Of a DNA stretch of 34,979 bases, positions 7,287-15,736 are shown piece by piece. The notes under the pieces are model-generated. The model ran no database searches. It had not been told where the DNA came from and was given only the letters and a program-made list of their open reading frames with translations. Location of the stretch: assembly GCA_002923335.1 (NCBI GenBank), contig BEHZ01000001.1, positions 1 to 34,979 on the forward strand. Direction: 5' to 3'. The stretch's first letter is position 1, and every line of letters starts with the position of its first letter. Made by a program: the position numbers and the translations under genes. Source of the stretch: a bacterium HR23. GTDB taxonomy: Bacteria > Chloroflexota > Dehalococcoidia > Lucifugimonadales > HRBIN23.

Positions 7287-8576
7287 CTACCCCACCACCT
7301 TCCCTGCCTTCCAGCGCACCAGCAGGGCGAAGGTCAGCGCCAGCAGGGCGTTGACAGCAAACACCGGCCGCAGGCCCACCGCGCCGGCCACCAACCCCCC
7401 CACCAACGGCCCCAACCAGAAGCCCATGGAGTTGGCGCTCTGCAACAGGCCGTAGGCGGGGCCCATCCGCTCTCTCGGCACTACATACCCCATAAGGGCC
7501 GAGGTCTGGGCAACGCTGAGCCCCTGGCACGTCCCCACCACCACGATGGCGGTAAGCGCCTGCCACGGCTCCCGGGCCAGCAAAAGCCCCACAAACCCTA
7601 CAGCCGACACCAGCGGGGCCAGCACCAGCAGGCGGAGCACGCCTAGCCGTGCCCCCAGTGGCCCCGAAAGATACGCCCCCACCGCCCCCATCACACCCAG
7701 GAGGGCGAAGGCGATCCCCGCCAGGGACGCCTTGGACGCCGGGGCCAATGCCCCCATAAAGAGGGGCAACACCGGGAACATCACATTGGGCACAAACTGC
7801 ACCAGGAAGAGGAGCAGAAGCACCACCGGCATGCCCGGCATGGCCAGGAGGGAGCGGATGTTCTGTAGGATCCCCTGGCGTCCGTCCCGCGGGGGAGGGG
7901 TAAAGTGCTCATCCACCCCGAAGGTAACCACCAACCCCATCAGCGCCAGCACACCCCCCGCCACAAAGAAAGCCCCCCGATACCCCACTCCGTGCACCAG
8001 TAAGGCGCCCAGCAGCGGCCCCACCGTGTTCCCCAGGTTCATCATCCCCTGCAGAACACCTATGGCCATCCCCAGGCGCGGGCGGGGGGCAAGGGATGCC
8101 ACCAGCCCCATCATGGCCGGCACTGCCCCCGTCAACAGCCCCATCAAAAGACGCACCCCGACCAACTGGTAGACATTGGCAACGACCCCCGTGAGCACCA
8201 TCACCAGCGCCCCACCGAAGGTGCCCCGCAGCACATTCTTCTTCCGCCCGTAGCGGTCCCCTAGAGCACCCCAAATGGGGGCGGAGAAGAACATGCTGAT
8301 GCCCCCTACCCCCGCCGCCACGCCCGCCCACAGGGCCGCTTGCCGAGGGCCCTTCACCCCCAGTTCCTGGATGAACAAGGGGATGAAGGGGAAGACGAAA
8401 CTGAACCCCATCACCGTGATGCCCTGCACCAGGGCGGTGATGACCAGGGTGCGATGCCACGCCGACTCGCCCGATACCTTGACCGCCGTCTCCGTTTTGG
8501 CCACCGTGCTCCCCCAAAAGGGAAGGCCCGACACTTCGGCCGGGCCTATCCTTGGCTCGTCGCTCTTCTCTATCAT
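7287..8576 (-). CDS. MFS transporter
   Basis: 429 aa with about 12 hydrophobic segments and the MFS signature-like loop GALGDRYGRKK between TM2 and TM3. ATG start. Confidence 0.8.
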   Translation of the reverse strand: MIEKSDEPRIGPAEVSGLPFWGSTVAKTETAVKVSGESAWHRTLVITALVQGITVMGFSFVFPFIPLFIQELGVKGPRQAALWAGVAAGVGGISMFFSAPIWGALGDRYGRKKNVLRGTFGGALVMVLTGVVANVYQLVGVRLLMGLLTGAVPAMMGLVASLAPRPRLGMAIGVLQGMMNLGNTVGPLLGALLVHGVGYRGAFFVAGGVLALMGLVVTFGVDEHFTPPPRDGRQGILQNIRSLLAMPGMPVVLLLLFLVQFVPNVMFPVLPLFMGALAPASKASLAGIAFALLGVMGAVGAYLSGPLGARLGVLRLLVLAPLVSAVGFVGLLLAREPWQALTAIVVVGTCQGLSVAQTSALMGYVVPRERMGPAYGLLQSANSMGFWLGPLVGGLVAGAVGLRPVFAVNALLALTFALLVRWKAGKVVG

Positions 8577-8713
8577 AGTAGCACACCCCGCTGGAGGCGG
8601 GGGAGTGGCCGGGGCAGGCGCCCCCTTCGGGCGTCCCGCACCGCCCGCAGGGCTCCCCCTTTACTTCCCCACGCCCCCTTGCTAGCATGGATGTGCACGG
8701 GTGGAGGTGCTGT

Positions 8714-9061
8714 ATGACGACGCCCACCAAGCCCCTCACCATTACCATCACCGAAAAGGCGGCGGAGAAGGTGCGTTACTTCGCCCAGAAAGAGGGCCTC
8801 GCCGAGTTCGGCTTGCGGGTCGCCGTCAAGGGCGGGGGGTGCTCCGGCCTTATGTATACCCTCTCCCTGGAGAAGGAACCCCGCCCCGATGACAAGGTCA
8901 TTGAACAGCACGGCATCCGCCTCTTTGTGGACAAAAAGTCTTATGTCTTCCTGGCCGGCACGACCCTGGACTTCACCGATGGCCTGAACGGGAAGGGGTT
9001 CGTCTTCCACAACCCCAACGCCAAGAGCGTCTGCGGATGCGGGAACTCCTTCTCCGTCTAG
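8714..9061 (+). CDS. A-type iron-sulfur cluster carrier (IscA/SufA/ErpA, HesB family)
   Basis: Contains GGGCSG and the C-terminal CGCGNSFSV motif; 115 aa. ATG at 8714 lies 5 nt after GGAGGT. Confidence 0.85.
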   Translation: MTTPTKPLTITITEKAAEKVRYFAQKEGLAEFGLRVAVKGGGCSGLMYTLSLEKEPRPDDKVIEQHGIRLFVDKKSYVFLAGTTLDFTDGLNGKGFVFHNPNAKSVCGCGNSFSV

Positions 9062-9076
9062 CCCAGGGACGCCCCC

Positions 9077-10183
9077 GTGGCTTCCCGTAGCCCCCTTTAC
9101 TCCCTCCACGCCTCCTCGGGGGCGTCCTTTGCCCTGGCCGACGGTTGGGAGGTGCCCAGCACCTGGACATCCCCCCTGCAGGAGGCCCACACCGCCCGCC
9201 ACGCCTGCGCCCTCTGGGACCGCTCCCCCTGGGGACGCTTCCAGGCCACCGGCAAAGACGCCCTGGACCTCCTGAACCGCCTCTCCACCAACCGCCTGGA
9301 TGACCTTCCCCCCAGCCGGGGCCGGCAGACCGTCCTCACCACCAATAAGGGGCGGTGTCTTGACTGGCTCTGGGTCTTCCGCCTCTCCTCGGGCCTCCTG
9401 CTCCTCACCAGCCCCGGCGCAGAGGAGGCGGTCGCCTCCTGGATAGACACCTACACCATCCTAGAGGACGCCTCCCTCACCTCCCTCACCACCACCACCG
9501 CCCTGATAGGCGTTGTGGGGCCGGGGGCGGAGGGCACGCTGGGGGAGGTGGTGGGGCTGCCCCAGGGGATGGGGCGGGGCGACGCCTGGGAGGGACACTG
9601 GGAGGGGACGCCCCTCATCGCCCTGCGCACCGATGCCCTCGCCCTCCCCCAGTGGGACCTCCTGGCCCCTGCCCCCCACGCCCCCCGCCTCTGGAGCGCC
9701 CTCCGCCAGAGGGGCGCCCTACCCCTGGGGGAGTCGGCGGTGGAGGTGCTCCGTGTCGCCGCCGGCATCCCCCGCCGGGGGAAGGAGATAACCGACGCCT
9801 ATAACCCCCTGGAGGCGGGGCTGTGGGAGAGCGTCTCCTTCAACAAGGGGTGCTACATCGGGCAGGAGGTGCTGGCCCGCCTGAAGACTTACGGCAAAAT
9901 CCAGAAGGCCCTGGCCCGCCTGGCCTTCCCGCGCCCCGTCCCCGCAAGCACCCCCCTCTGGGCCGAGGGGAAGCGGGTAGGGGTGGTAACCTCCTCGGCG
10001 GTGGACGAGGACGGCCCCATCGCCCTGGGCTACCTGGACCGCCCCTTCCTGGAGGCGGACAGGGAGGTGGAGGCGGTGCTCCCCGCGGGGGCGCCGGTGC
10101 CCGGCCGGGTGGTGTGGGCGCCCTCCCTCCCCCCGGCCTATCAGGCCCCCCCGGGCGCAGGCGAGGACGAAGATTCCCCCTAA
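9077..10183 (+). CDS. ygfZ: YgfZ/CAF17-type folate-binding protein (GcvT fold)
   Basis: Aminomethyltransferase-like N-terminal region plus the signature FNKGCYIGQEVLARLKTYG (the K-G-C-Y-x-G-Q-E motif of the YgfZ/Iba57 family). GTG start 15 nt after the carrier gene stop. Confidence 0.7.
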   Translation: MASRSPLYSLHASSGASFALADGWEVPSTWTSPLQEAHTARHACALWDRSPWGRFQATGKDALDLLNRLSTNRLDDLPPSRGRQTVLTTNKGRCLDWLWVFRLSSGLLLLTSPGAEEAVASWIDTYTILEDASLTSLTTTTALIGVVGPGAEGTLGEVVGLPQGMGRGDAWEGHWEGTPLIALRTDALALPQWDLLAPAPHAPRLWSALRQRGALPLGESAVEVLRVAAGIPRRGKEITDAYNPLEAGLWESVSFNKGCYIGQEVLARLKTYGKIQKALARLAFPRPVPASTPLWAEGKRVGVVTSSAVDEDGPIALGYLDRPFLEADREVEAVLPAGAPVPGRVVWAPSLPPAYQAPPGAGEDEDSP

Positions 10184-10848
10184 ATAATCCCCCCACGGGT
10201 GGCCAGATAGACCGCCTGCGCCCTGTCCCCCACCCCCAGTTTGTCAAAGATGCGCCCGACGATGTTCTTCACCGTCCCCTCGGTGTAGTGGAGTTCCTGG
10301 GCGATCTGGGCGTTGGAGAGGCCCTGGGCCATGCGCCGCAGCACCTCCCGTTCGGTGGGGGTCAGGGTGGCGAAGCGCTCCCGCTCCTCCGGCGTGAGGG
10401 GCGGGCCGGCAGCCGAGAGGGCCTGCACCAGGGTCGGCCACAGGGCGCTGTCTATAATGCTTCCCCCGTCCATAATGGTGCGAATGTCCCGCAAGAGGCT
10501 CTCCGGGGAGACCCCCTTCAGGCGATAGCCCGCGGCGCCGGCCAGCAGGGCACGCTTCAGATACTCCGGGTCGTCAAACCCCGTCAGAATGACCACACGG
10601 GTCGTGGGCGCCACCTTCCGCACCCGGGTGGTCGCCTCCAGACCGTCCATATCCGGCAGGCGCACATCCATGAGCACCACATCGGGCTGGAGGGAACGGG
10701 CCAGTTCCACCCCCTCCTGCCCCGTGCCCGCTTCCCCCACCACCGTCATATCCGGCGCACTGCTCAGAACCGCCTTCAGCCCCTCCCGAAAGAGGGGGTG
10801 GTCGTCCACCAGAAGGATGGAGACAGGGCGCTTGCCCAGGCTCTCCAC
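10180..10848 (-). CDS. NarL/FixJ-family response regulator (REC + LuxR-type HTH)
   Basis: Receiver motifs ILLVDDHPLF and VVLMDVRLPDMDG; HTH region LTPTEREVLRRMAQGLSNAQIAQELHYTEGTVKNIV. GTG at 10848 lies 6 nt after GGGAGG; the track's 64-codon upstream extension has no support. Confidence 0.85.
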   Translation of the reverse strand: MESLGKRPVSILLVDDHPLFREGLKAVLSSAPDMTVVGEAGTGQEGVELARSLQPDVVLMDVRLPDMDGLEATTRVRKVAPTTRVVILTGFDDPEYLKRALLAGAAGYRLKGVSPESLLRDIRTIMDGGSIIDSALWPTLVQALSAAGPPLTPEERERFATLTPTEREVLRRMAQGLSNAQIAQELHYTEGTVKNIVGRIFDKLGVGDRAQAVYLATRGGII

Positions 10849-11030
10849 AGGCTTCCTCCCTTCTGCCGTGCTCGTCGTAAAGGCCACCACGGGACATCCT
10901 AGCCCTTGCCCCACAAGAGGCGAAGGGGCGAAGGCGAGCGGTTCGCACTTTTTTGAGGAAAATTGGGGGTTATCCCTCACCAGAGAAACGGCCCCTTCAT
11001 TATAATACCTTCTAGCGGTGAGGGACGGGT

Positions 11031-14000
11031 ATGACGGCACCGGGGCTGGATGACCTGTTGGCCAGCGGTGGGGCAGAGCGCCTCCTGCGTGCCATTGCAG
11101 AGGTGGCCTTCGTCAACCTCTCCCGTCTCCCCTCCCCGGCCGTTATGGAGCGCCTGGCGGGCATCGTGGGGGAGGGCCTGGGGGCACGGGCGGTGGTGGT
11201 CCGCCGATACGACCCCCACCGCCAGGTGCTGGAGGCGGTGGCCTCCTGGGGCATCCCCCTTGCCGACCTCCCCTACCCCGCCCTTCCGGTCCAGCGGGAG
11301 GAGCGTCTCTACTCGGTCAACACCGTAGCGGTTGTCTACACCGCCGACCTCCAGGATGACCCCATCGCCCACACCGTGCGGGAGCGCCTGGGGATAGAGA
11401 CCACTCTGGCGGTCCCCCTGCGCACAGCCGACACCTACCTGGGAACCCTGCGCCTGCACTTCCGGGAACGGCGCACCTTCACCCCTGAGGAGACGGCCCT
11501 GGTGCAGGCGGTAGGCGACCGCCTCGCCCTGGCCCTGCATCACCTGGAGGCGCTGGAGCGGGAGCAGGGCGCCCGCCGGCAGGCCGAGGCCCTCCTGGCG
11601 ATTGCACGGGCCGGCCTCGCCAACGCCCCACTGGAAGAGATATTGCAAGGCCTGGCGTCCGCCATCCGCCAAGCCCTCCGGGCCGACTCCACGGTCATCC
11701 GCCTCTGGGACGAGGAGAGCCAGGGGCTTGTCCTGGGCGCCTCCGACCCTCACGAGTTCCCCGGCTGGGGCAGACCCAGTGTCATCCTGCCGATGGAGTC
11801 CTTCTCCGGCCGTGTCTTCACTGAGAACCGCACCCTTATCCTGGCCGACATCCACAGCGACCCCACCGCCCACCCCAGGTTCCCTCCCCAGTTCCGCTCC
11901 ACTATGGGCACGCCCCTTCCTGGGGAGGAACGACCGGTGGGCGTCATCCACGTGGAGTGGAAGGAGCCCCATACCCCCACCCCCCAGGAGCAGGTCATTC
12001 TGGAGATGGCGGCAAGCCTGGCGGCTCAGGCGGTGCGCAAAACACAGGCGCTGGAGCGGGAGCAGGGCGCCCGCCGGCAGGCGGAGGCCCTCCTGGCGAT
12101 TGCACGGGCCGGCCTCGCCAACGCCCCACTGCAGGACATCCTCCAGGGCCTGAGCAGGGCCATCTACGCCGCCCTGGGGGCCGACCGGGTTGTTATACGC
12201 CTGTGGAACGAAGAGGAGCAGAGCCTGGACCTGGCGGCCTTCACCCCTGCCCTTCTGAGCCACCTCCTGCGCCCCCGCCACCGGAGCGGGGAGAAGACCT
12301 TCTCCCTGCGGGTCTTCCAGGAACGGCGCACCATCGCCCTGCCCGATATTGAATCGGACCCCGTCGCCCAGGCCACCTTCCATCCCAGCCTGGTCTCCAC
12401 CCTGGGGACGCCCATCCCCGATGTGGAGAAGCCACTGGGCGTCATTCACGCCGATTGGACGACCCGCCACGTGCCCACGCCCGCCGAGCAGGCCCTCCTG
12501 GAGATGGCGGCGGGCCTGGCGGGGCAAGCCATCCTGCGGGCACGGGCGCTGGAGCGGGAAGAGAGCGCCCGCCGCTGGGCCGAGGCCCTGGCCGACGTGC
12601 TGGAGCGTGCCACCCGCCCCGGACCCCTTCCCCAGGTCCTGCAGGGCATCCTGGAGGGCATGGCCCACTACTGGGACGCCCCGGGGGGCATCATCCGCCT
12701 GGTGGACAGGGATGCCAACTGCCTCAACGCCGTCGCCTGCATCGGCTACCGCCTGGAGGACCTGGCCCCCCAGCCCGTAGACGGCAGTGGAGGGGGATTC
12801 TCCCACCGCATCTTCACCACCGGCGCGACGGGCGTCTTCGGCTACTCGGAACTGGTCCAGGCCGGCTCCTTCATCCCCCGCTTCGGCTACCGGCAGATGC
12901 TGGGGGCAGTGCTGAGGGTGCGGGGGGAGGCGGTGGGTGTAATCCACCTGGACTGGAAGGAGGAGCGGATCTTTACCCCCCAGGACATAGAGCGCTTTAC
13001 CCTCATGGTGGGCCTCGCCTCCCAGGCGGTGGAGCGGGCGTGGCTGTATGAGGAGACCAGCCGGCAGGCCCAGGCCCTCCAGGAGAGCAACAGGGCCCTG
13101 CGCTTCCAGGCGGTTATCCTGGGGCAGGTGCAAGACGCCATCTGCGCCACCGATAGGGATGGGAAGGTGCGCTACTGGGGGCCGGGGGCGGAGGCCCTTC
13201 TAGGCGTCCCGGCCCCCAGCGCCCAGGGCAAGCCCCTCTACGCCCTCTTGGGATACACAGCCGAGGAGTGGGCGGAGTGCGTTCGCAGGGTGGAGCAGGG
13301 GGAGATCCCGGCCACCCGCTCGGTGCGCTACGCCCACCCCCAGGGGAAGGCCCTCTGGCTTGACCTGGCCATCTCCCCCTGGTATGGAGAGGGGGGCGGT
13401 TTGGATGGGTTCATCGTGGTGGGGCGAGATGTAACCCGGGTGCGCCAGATGGAGGTGCAGATGCTCCAACTGGAGAAGATGCGCGCCCTGGGGCAGATGG
13501 CCGCGGGCGTCGCCCACGACTTCAACAACTTCCTGGCGGTGATTATGGGCCAGGCGGAACTGGCCCTCATGGACAGAACCCTTTCCCCTCGCCTCCAGCA
13601 GGCCCTGGAGGCCATCCGGCGGGCGTCGGTGGATGGGGCGCAGGTGGTGCGCCGTCTGGCCACCCTGGCCCGCCTGCGGGCCGAAGGCCAGCCCGAGCCG
13701 GTGGACGCCCAGAAGGTCTGCCGGGACGCCCTGGAGAGCACCCGCTTCGCCTGGGAGGAGCGCTCTGCCCGCCAGGGCATCGCCATCCATCTGGACCTGG
13801 ACCTGCAGGAGGTGCCTCCGTTGGCCTGCACCGAGTCGGAACTACGAGAGGTGCTCATCAACCTCATCCTGAACGCCATTGACGCCATGCCCCAAGGGGG
13901 CACCCTGGGCCTCGCCTGCTTCCAGGACGGGGGGCAGGTGTGCATCGCCGTGAAGGATACGGGCATCGGCATCTCCCCCCAGGTGCGCCAGCACCTGTTT

Positions 14001-14594
14001 GAGCCGTTCTTCACCACCAAAGGCCCCCGGGGCACCGGCCTGGGCCTGGCCGTCTCCTACAGCATCGTGAAGCGCTATGGGGGCGACATCACCGTGGAGT
14101 CCGCGGTGGGGAAAGGCTCCACTTTCACCGTCCGCCTCCCCATCGCCCCGTCCCCGCGGGAAAAAGAGACGCCCAAAGGCGAGAGCATCCCCGCCGGGCG
14201 CAGTCTGCGCCTGCTGGTGGTGGAGGACGACCCCGCCGTGGCCGACCTGCTGGAGGACATGCTCCACACCCTCGGCCACCACCCCCAGGTCTTCCGGGAC
14301 CCCACCCAGGCCCTGGAGGCCATCGGCTCCGGCGAGTGGGATGCGGTGCTCACCGACCTGGCCATGCCCGGCGTCAGCGGTTGGGAGGTGGCCCAACACA
14401 GCAAGAAGGTCCGCCCCATGGTGCCCGTGCTCCTCCTCACCGGCTACGGGGACCACATTGACCCCCAGCAGGCCCGTGCCCACGGCGTAGACGGCATTCT
14501 GGGCAAACCCGTTTCGGCCAGGGACATGGCGATCGCCCTGCAGGCGTTAGTTGAGGGGGGGGGGGTGAGAGTATTCCGCCAGAAACTCGGCTAA
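11031..14594 (+). CDS. Hybrid sensor histidine kinase: four GAF-like modules, PAS, HisKA, HATPase_c, C-terminal receiver
   Basis: H-box MAAGVAHDFNNFL, N-box INLILNAIDAM, G-boxes DTGIGI and GTGLGLA, receiver LRLLVVEDDP...LTDLAMPGVSG...LLLTGY. The N-terminal half consists of repeated ~166-aa GAF-like units, each ending in ALERE. Confidence 0.85.
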   Translation: MTAPGLDDLLASGGAERLLRAIAEVAFVNLSRLPSPAVMERLAGIVGEGLGARAVVVRRYDPHRQVLEAVASWGIPLADLPYPALPVQREERLYSVNTVAVVYTADLQDDPIAHTVRERLGIETTLAVPLRTADTYLGTLRLHFRERRTFTPEETALVQAVGDRLALALHHLEALEREQGARRQAEALLAIARAGLANAPLEEILQGLASAIRQALRADSTVIRLWDEESQGLVLGASDPHEFPGWGRPSVILPMESFSGRVFTENRTLILADIHSDPTAHPRFPPQFRSTMGTPLPGEERPVGVIHVEWKEPHTPTPQEQVILEMAASLAAQAVRKTQALEREQGARRQAEALLAIARAGLANAPLQDILQGLSRAIYAALGADRVVIRLWNEEEQSLDLAAFTPALLSHLLRPRHRSGEKTFSLRVFQERRTIALPDIESDPVAQATFHPSLVSTLGTPIPDVEKPLGVIHADWTTRHVPTPAEQALLEMAAGLAGQAILRARALEREESARRWAEALADVLERATRPGPLPQVLQGILEGMAHYWDAPGGIIRLVDRDANCLNAVACIGYRLEDLAPQPVDGSGGGFSHRIFTTGATGVFGYSELVQAGSFIPRFGYRQMLGAVLRVRGEAVGVIHLDWKEERIFTPQDIERFTLMVGLASQAVERAWLYEETSRQAQALQESNRALRFQAVILGQVQDAICATDRDGKVRYWGPGAEALLGVPAPSAQGKPLYALLGYTAEEWAECVRRVEQGEIPATRSVRYAHPQGKALWLDLAISPWYGEGGGLDGFIVVGRDVTRVRQMEVQMLQLEKMRALGQMAAGVAHDFNNFLAVIMGQAELALMDRTLSPRLQQALEAIRRASVDGAQVVRRLATLARLRAEGQPEPVDAQKVCRDALESTRFAWEERSARQGIAIHLDLDLQEVPPLACTESELREVLINLILNAIDAMPQGGTLGLACFQDGGQVCIAVKDTGIGISPQVRQHLFEPFFTTKGPRGTGLGLAVSYSIVKRYGGDITVESAVGKGSTFTVRLPIAPSPREKETPKGESIPAGRSLRLLVVEDDPAVADLLEDMLHTLGHHPQVFRDPTQALEAIGSGEWDAVLTDLAMPGVSGWEVAQHSKKVRPMVPVLLLTGYGDHIDPQQARAHGVDGILGKPVSARDMAIALQALVEGGGVRVFRQKLG
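11549..11633 (+). repeat. 85-nt intragenic direct repeat, copy 1 (encodes ALEREQGARRQAEALLAIARAGLANAPL)
   Basis: Aligned by eye to 12047-12131, with 84 of 85 bases identical. Confidence 0.9.
12047..12131 (+). repeat. 85-nt intragenic direct repeat, copy 2; a degenerate third copy starts at 12545
   Basis: It starts exactly 498 nt after copy 1. A third, diverged copy (ALEREESARRWAEAL) starts exactly 498 nt further on. Confidence 0.9.
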
Positions 14595-14597
14595 TAA

Positions 14598-14612
14598 AGA
14601 CGACCTCCGTCT
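14598..14612 (-). terminator. Hairpin AGACG-ACCTC-CGTCT followed on the minus strand by TTTATT; likely folB terminator
   Basis: A 5-bp stem read directly, lying between the kinase stop (14594) and the folB stop (14626). A T-rich tract is present only on the minus-strand side. Confidence 0.4.
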
Positions 14613-14625
14613 GGAAATACCCGCC

Positions 14626-15009
14626 CTATCTGCCCCGCTGACGGAGCACCTGCACCCCCGCCGAGGCCAGCACCGCCCCCTTGATGGGTGGGGGGGCTTT
14701 GCGCACCACCACCCGCACCCCCTCCACCTGGGGGAAGCGCCCCAGCACCCGCTCCGCTATGGCCTGCGCCAGAGACTCCAGCAGGGCCTGGGGTGGCCCC
14801 AGCACCACCTCTTGCACCAGACGGTAGAGGGCGGAATAGTCCACCGTGTCCTCCAGACGGTCCCTGGCGCCGGCGCTCCCCAGAGGGAGGCGCACCTCCA
14901 GGTCCACCAGGTAACGCCCCCCCAGGCGTCGCTCCTCCTCGGAGACCCCGTGGAAGGCGTAGAAGGCCATCCCCTCCAGGAGGATGCAGTCGCCCTCGTA
15001 GGCGCTCAT
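14626..15009 (-). CDS. folB: Dihydroneopterin aldolase
   Basis: 127 aa with the family pattern ILLEGMAFYAFHGVSEEERRLGGRYLVDLEV...DTVDYSALY. The ATG overlaps the upstream stop (ATGA). Confidence 0.85.
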   Translation of the reverse strand: MSAYEGDCILLEGMAFYAFHGVSEEERRLGGRYLVDLEVRLPLGSAGARDRLEDTVDYSALYRLVQEVVLGPPQALLESLAQAIAERVLGRFPQVEGVRVVVRKAPPPIKGAVLASAGVQVLRQRGR

Positions 15010-15698
15010 GGGAAAGGGGTCTCCTCCAGCAGGGCGTAGCGCCCCATATCCACCAGGCGCGTCTCCAGAAAGGCGCCGGAGGGGCGATAGGTGGTTACCA
15101 GCAGTTGCCAGCGCCCCTGCTCCTCCCGGTAGCGGGCCAGCAGGAGGCGGGCGGGCTCAGGGGGAGGGCCCTCCAGGCCGGCCAGGGGCACCCTCAGCAC
15201 CCACGGACGGCGCAGAAGGGGCACATAGGGCCGTCCCTCGGCGTCGAAGGCCTCCAGGGCGAAGACACGGCGCAGGCGGTAGCCCTCGGGGGGTGGGGGG
15301 ACCTGGGCGGGGTCTAGGGGGCGGTAGAGGAGTTGGGTAGTGGCGGGGAGGCTCTCCCATTCCAGCCAGAGGGCGATGCGCCGGGCAGGGTCGGTTTCCC
15401 CCGAGGCGAGGGTGGTGCTGGGGAGGGGGTTTATGCGTGGCAGGAAGCCGCGAGGGAAGGGTTGCAGAAGCCACACCTGCGCCCCCTCTACCGGCGGAAG
15501 GGGCACCCTCTTCACCTGGTTGGCGGGGACGATGAGGGGCGGGGGCACCGAGAGGTGGGGCGGAGGGGTGGGCCAGGGGGGTTGGGCCAGAACGGGAAGC
15601 GCCCCGCCCGCCCAGCGGGAGAGCCACACCCCCACACCCACCGCCCCCAACACCGCCACCAGGAGCATCACCCCTTTGCCCAGGGCCAGACGCCTCAT
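15006..15698 (-). CDS. Hypothetical signal-anchored, proline-rich protein
   Basis: Starts at ATG 15698 (MRRLALGKGVMLLVAVLGAVGVGVWL), with one N-terminal hydrophobic segment followed by a Pro-rich linker and a soluble domain. No family was recognised. Its stop overlaps the folB start. Confidence 0.5.
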   Translation of the reverse strand: MRRLALGKGVMLLVAVLGAVGVGVWLSRWAGGALPVLAQPPWPTPPPHLSVPPPLIVPANQVKRVPLPPVEGAQVWLLQPFPRGFLPRINPLPSTTLASGETDPARRIALWLEWESLPATTQLLYRPLDPAQVPPPPEGYRLRRVFALEAFDAEGRPYVPLLRRPWVLRVPLAGLEGPPPEPARLLLARYREEQGRWQLLVTTYRPSGAFLETRLVDMGRYALLEETPFP

Positions 15699-15736
15699 CA
15701 CAGATGCTAGTATAGAGGGATAGCAGGCACAGGACA

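Noticed and set aside
5408-7354. 648-aa plus-strand ORF spanning the C_GCAxxG_C_C, ttuA and ttuB region
   Set aside because: It is antisense to three genes with strong family motifs, and its composition is typical of a GC-rich shadow frame.
10977-13133. 718-aa minus-strand ORF antisense to the histidine kinase
   Set aside because: The sequence is Gly/Ala/Pro/Arg/Gln-rich and low-complexity with no recognisable motif. It lies opposite a gene with clear GAF, PAS and kinase motifs. Long stop-free antisense frames are expected in DNA this GC-rich.
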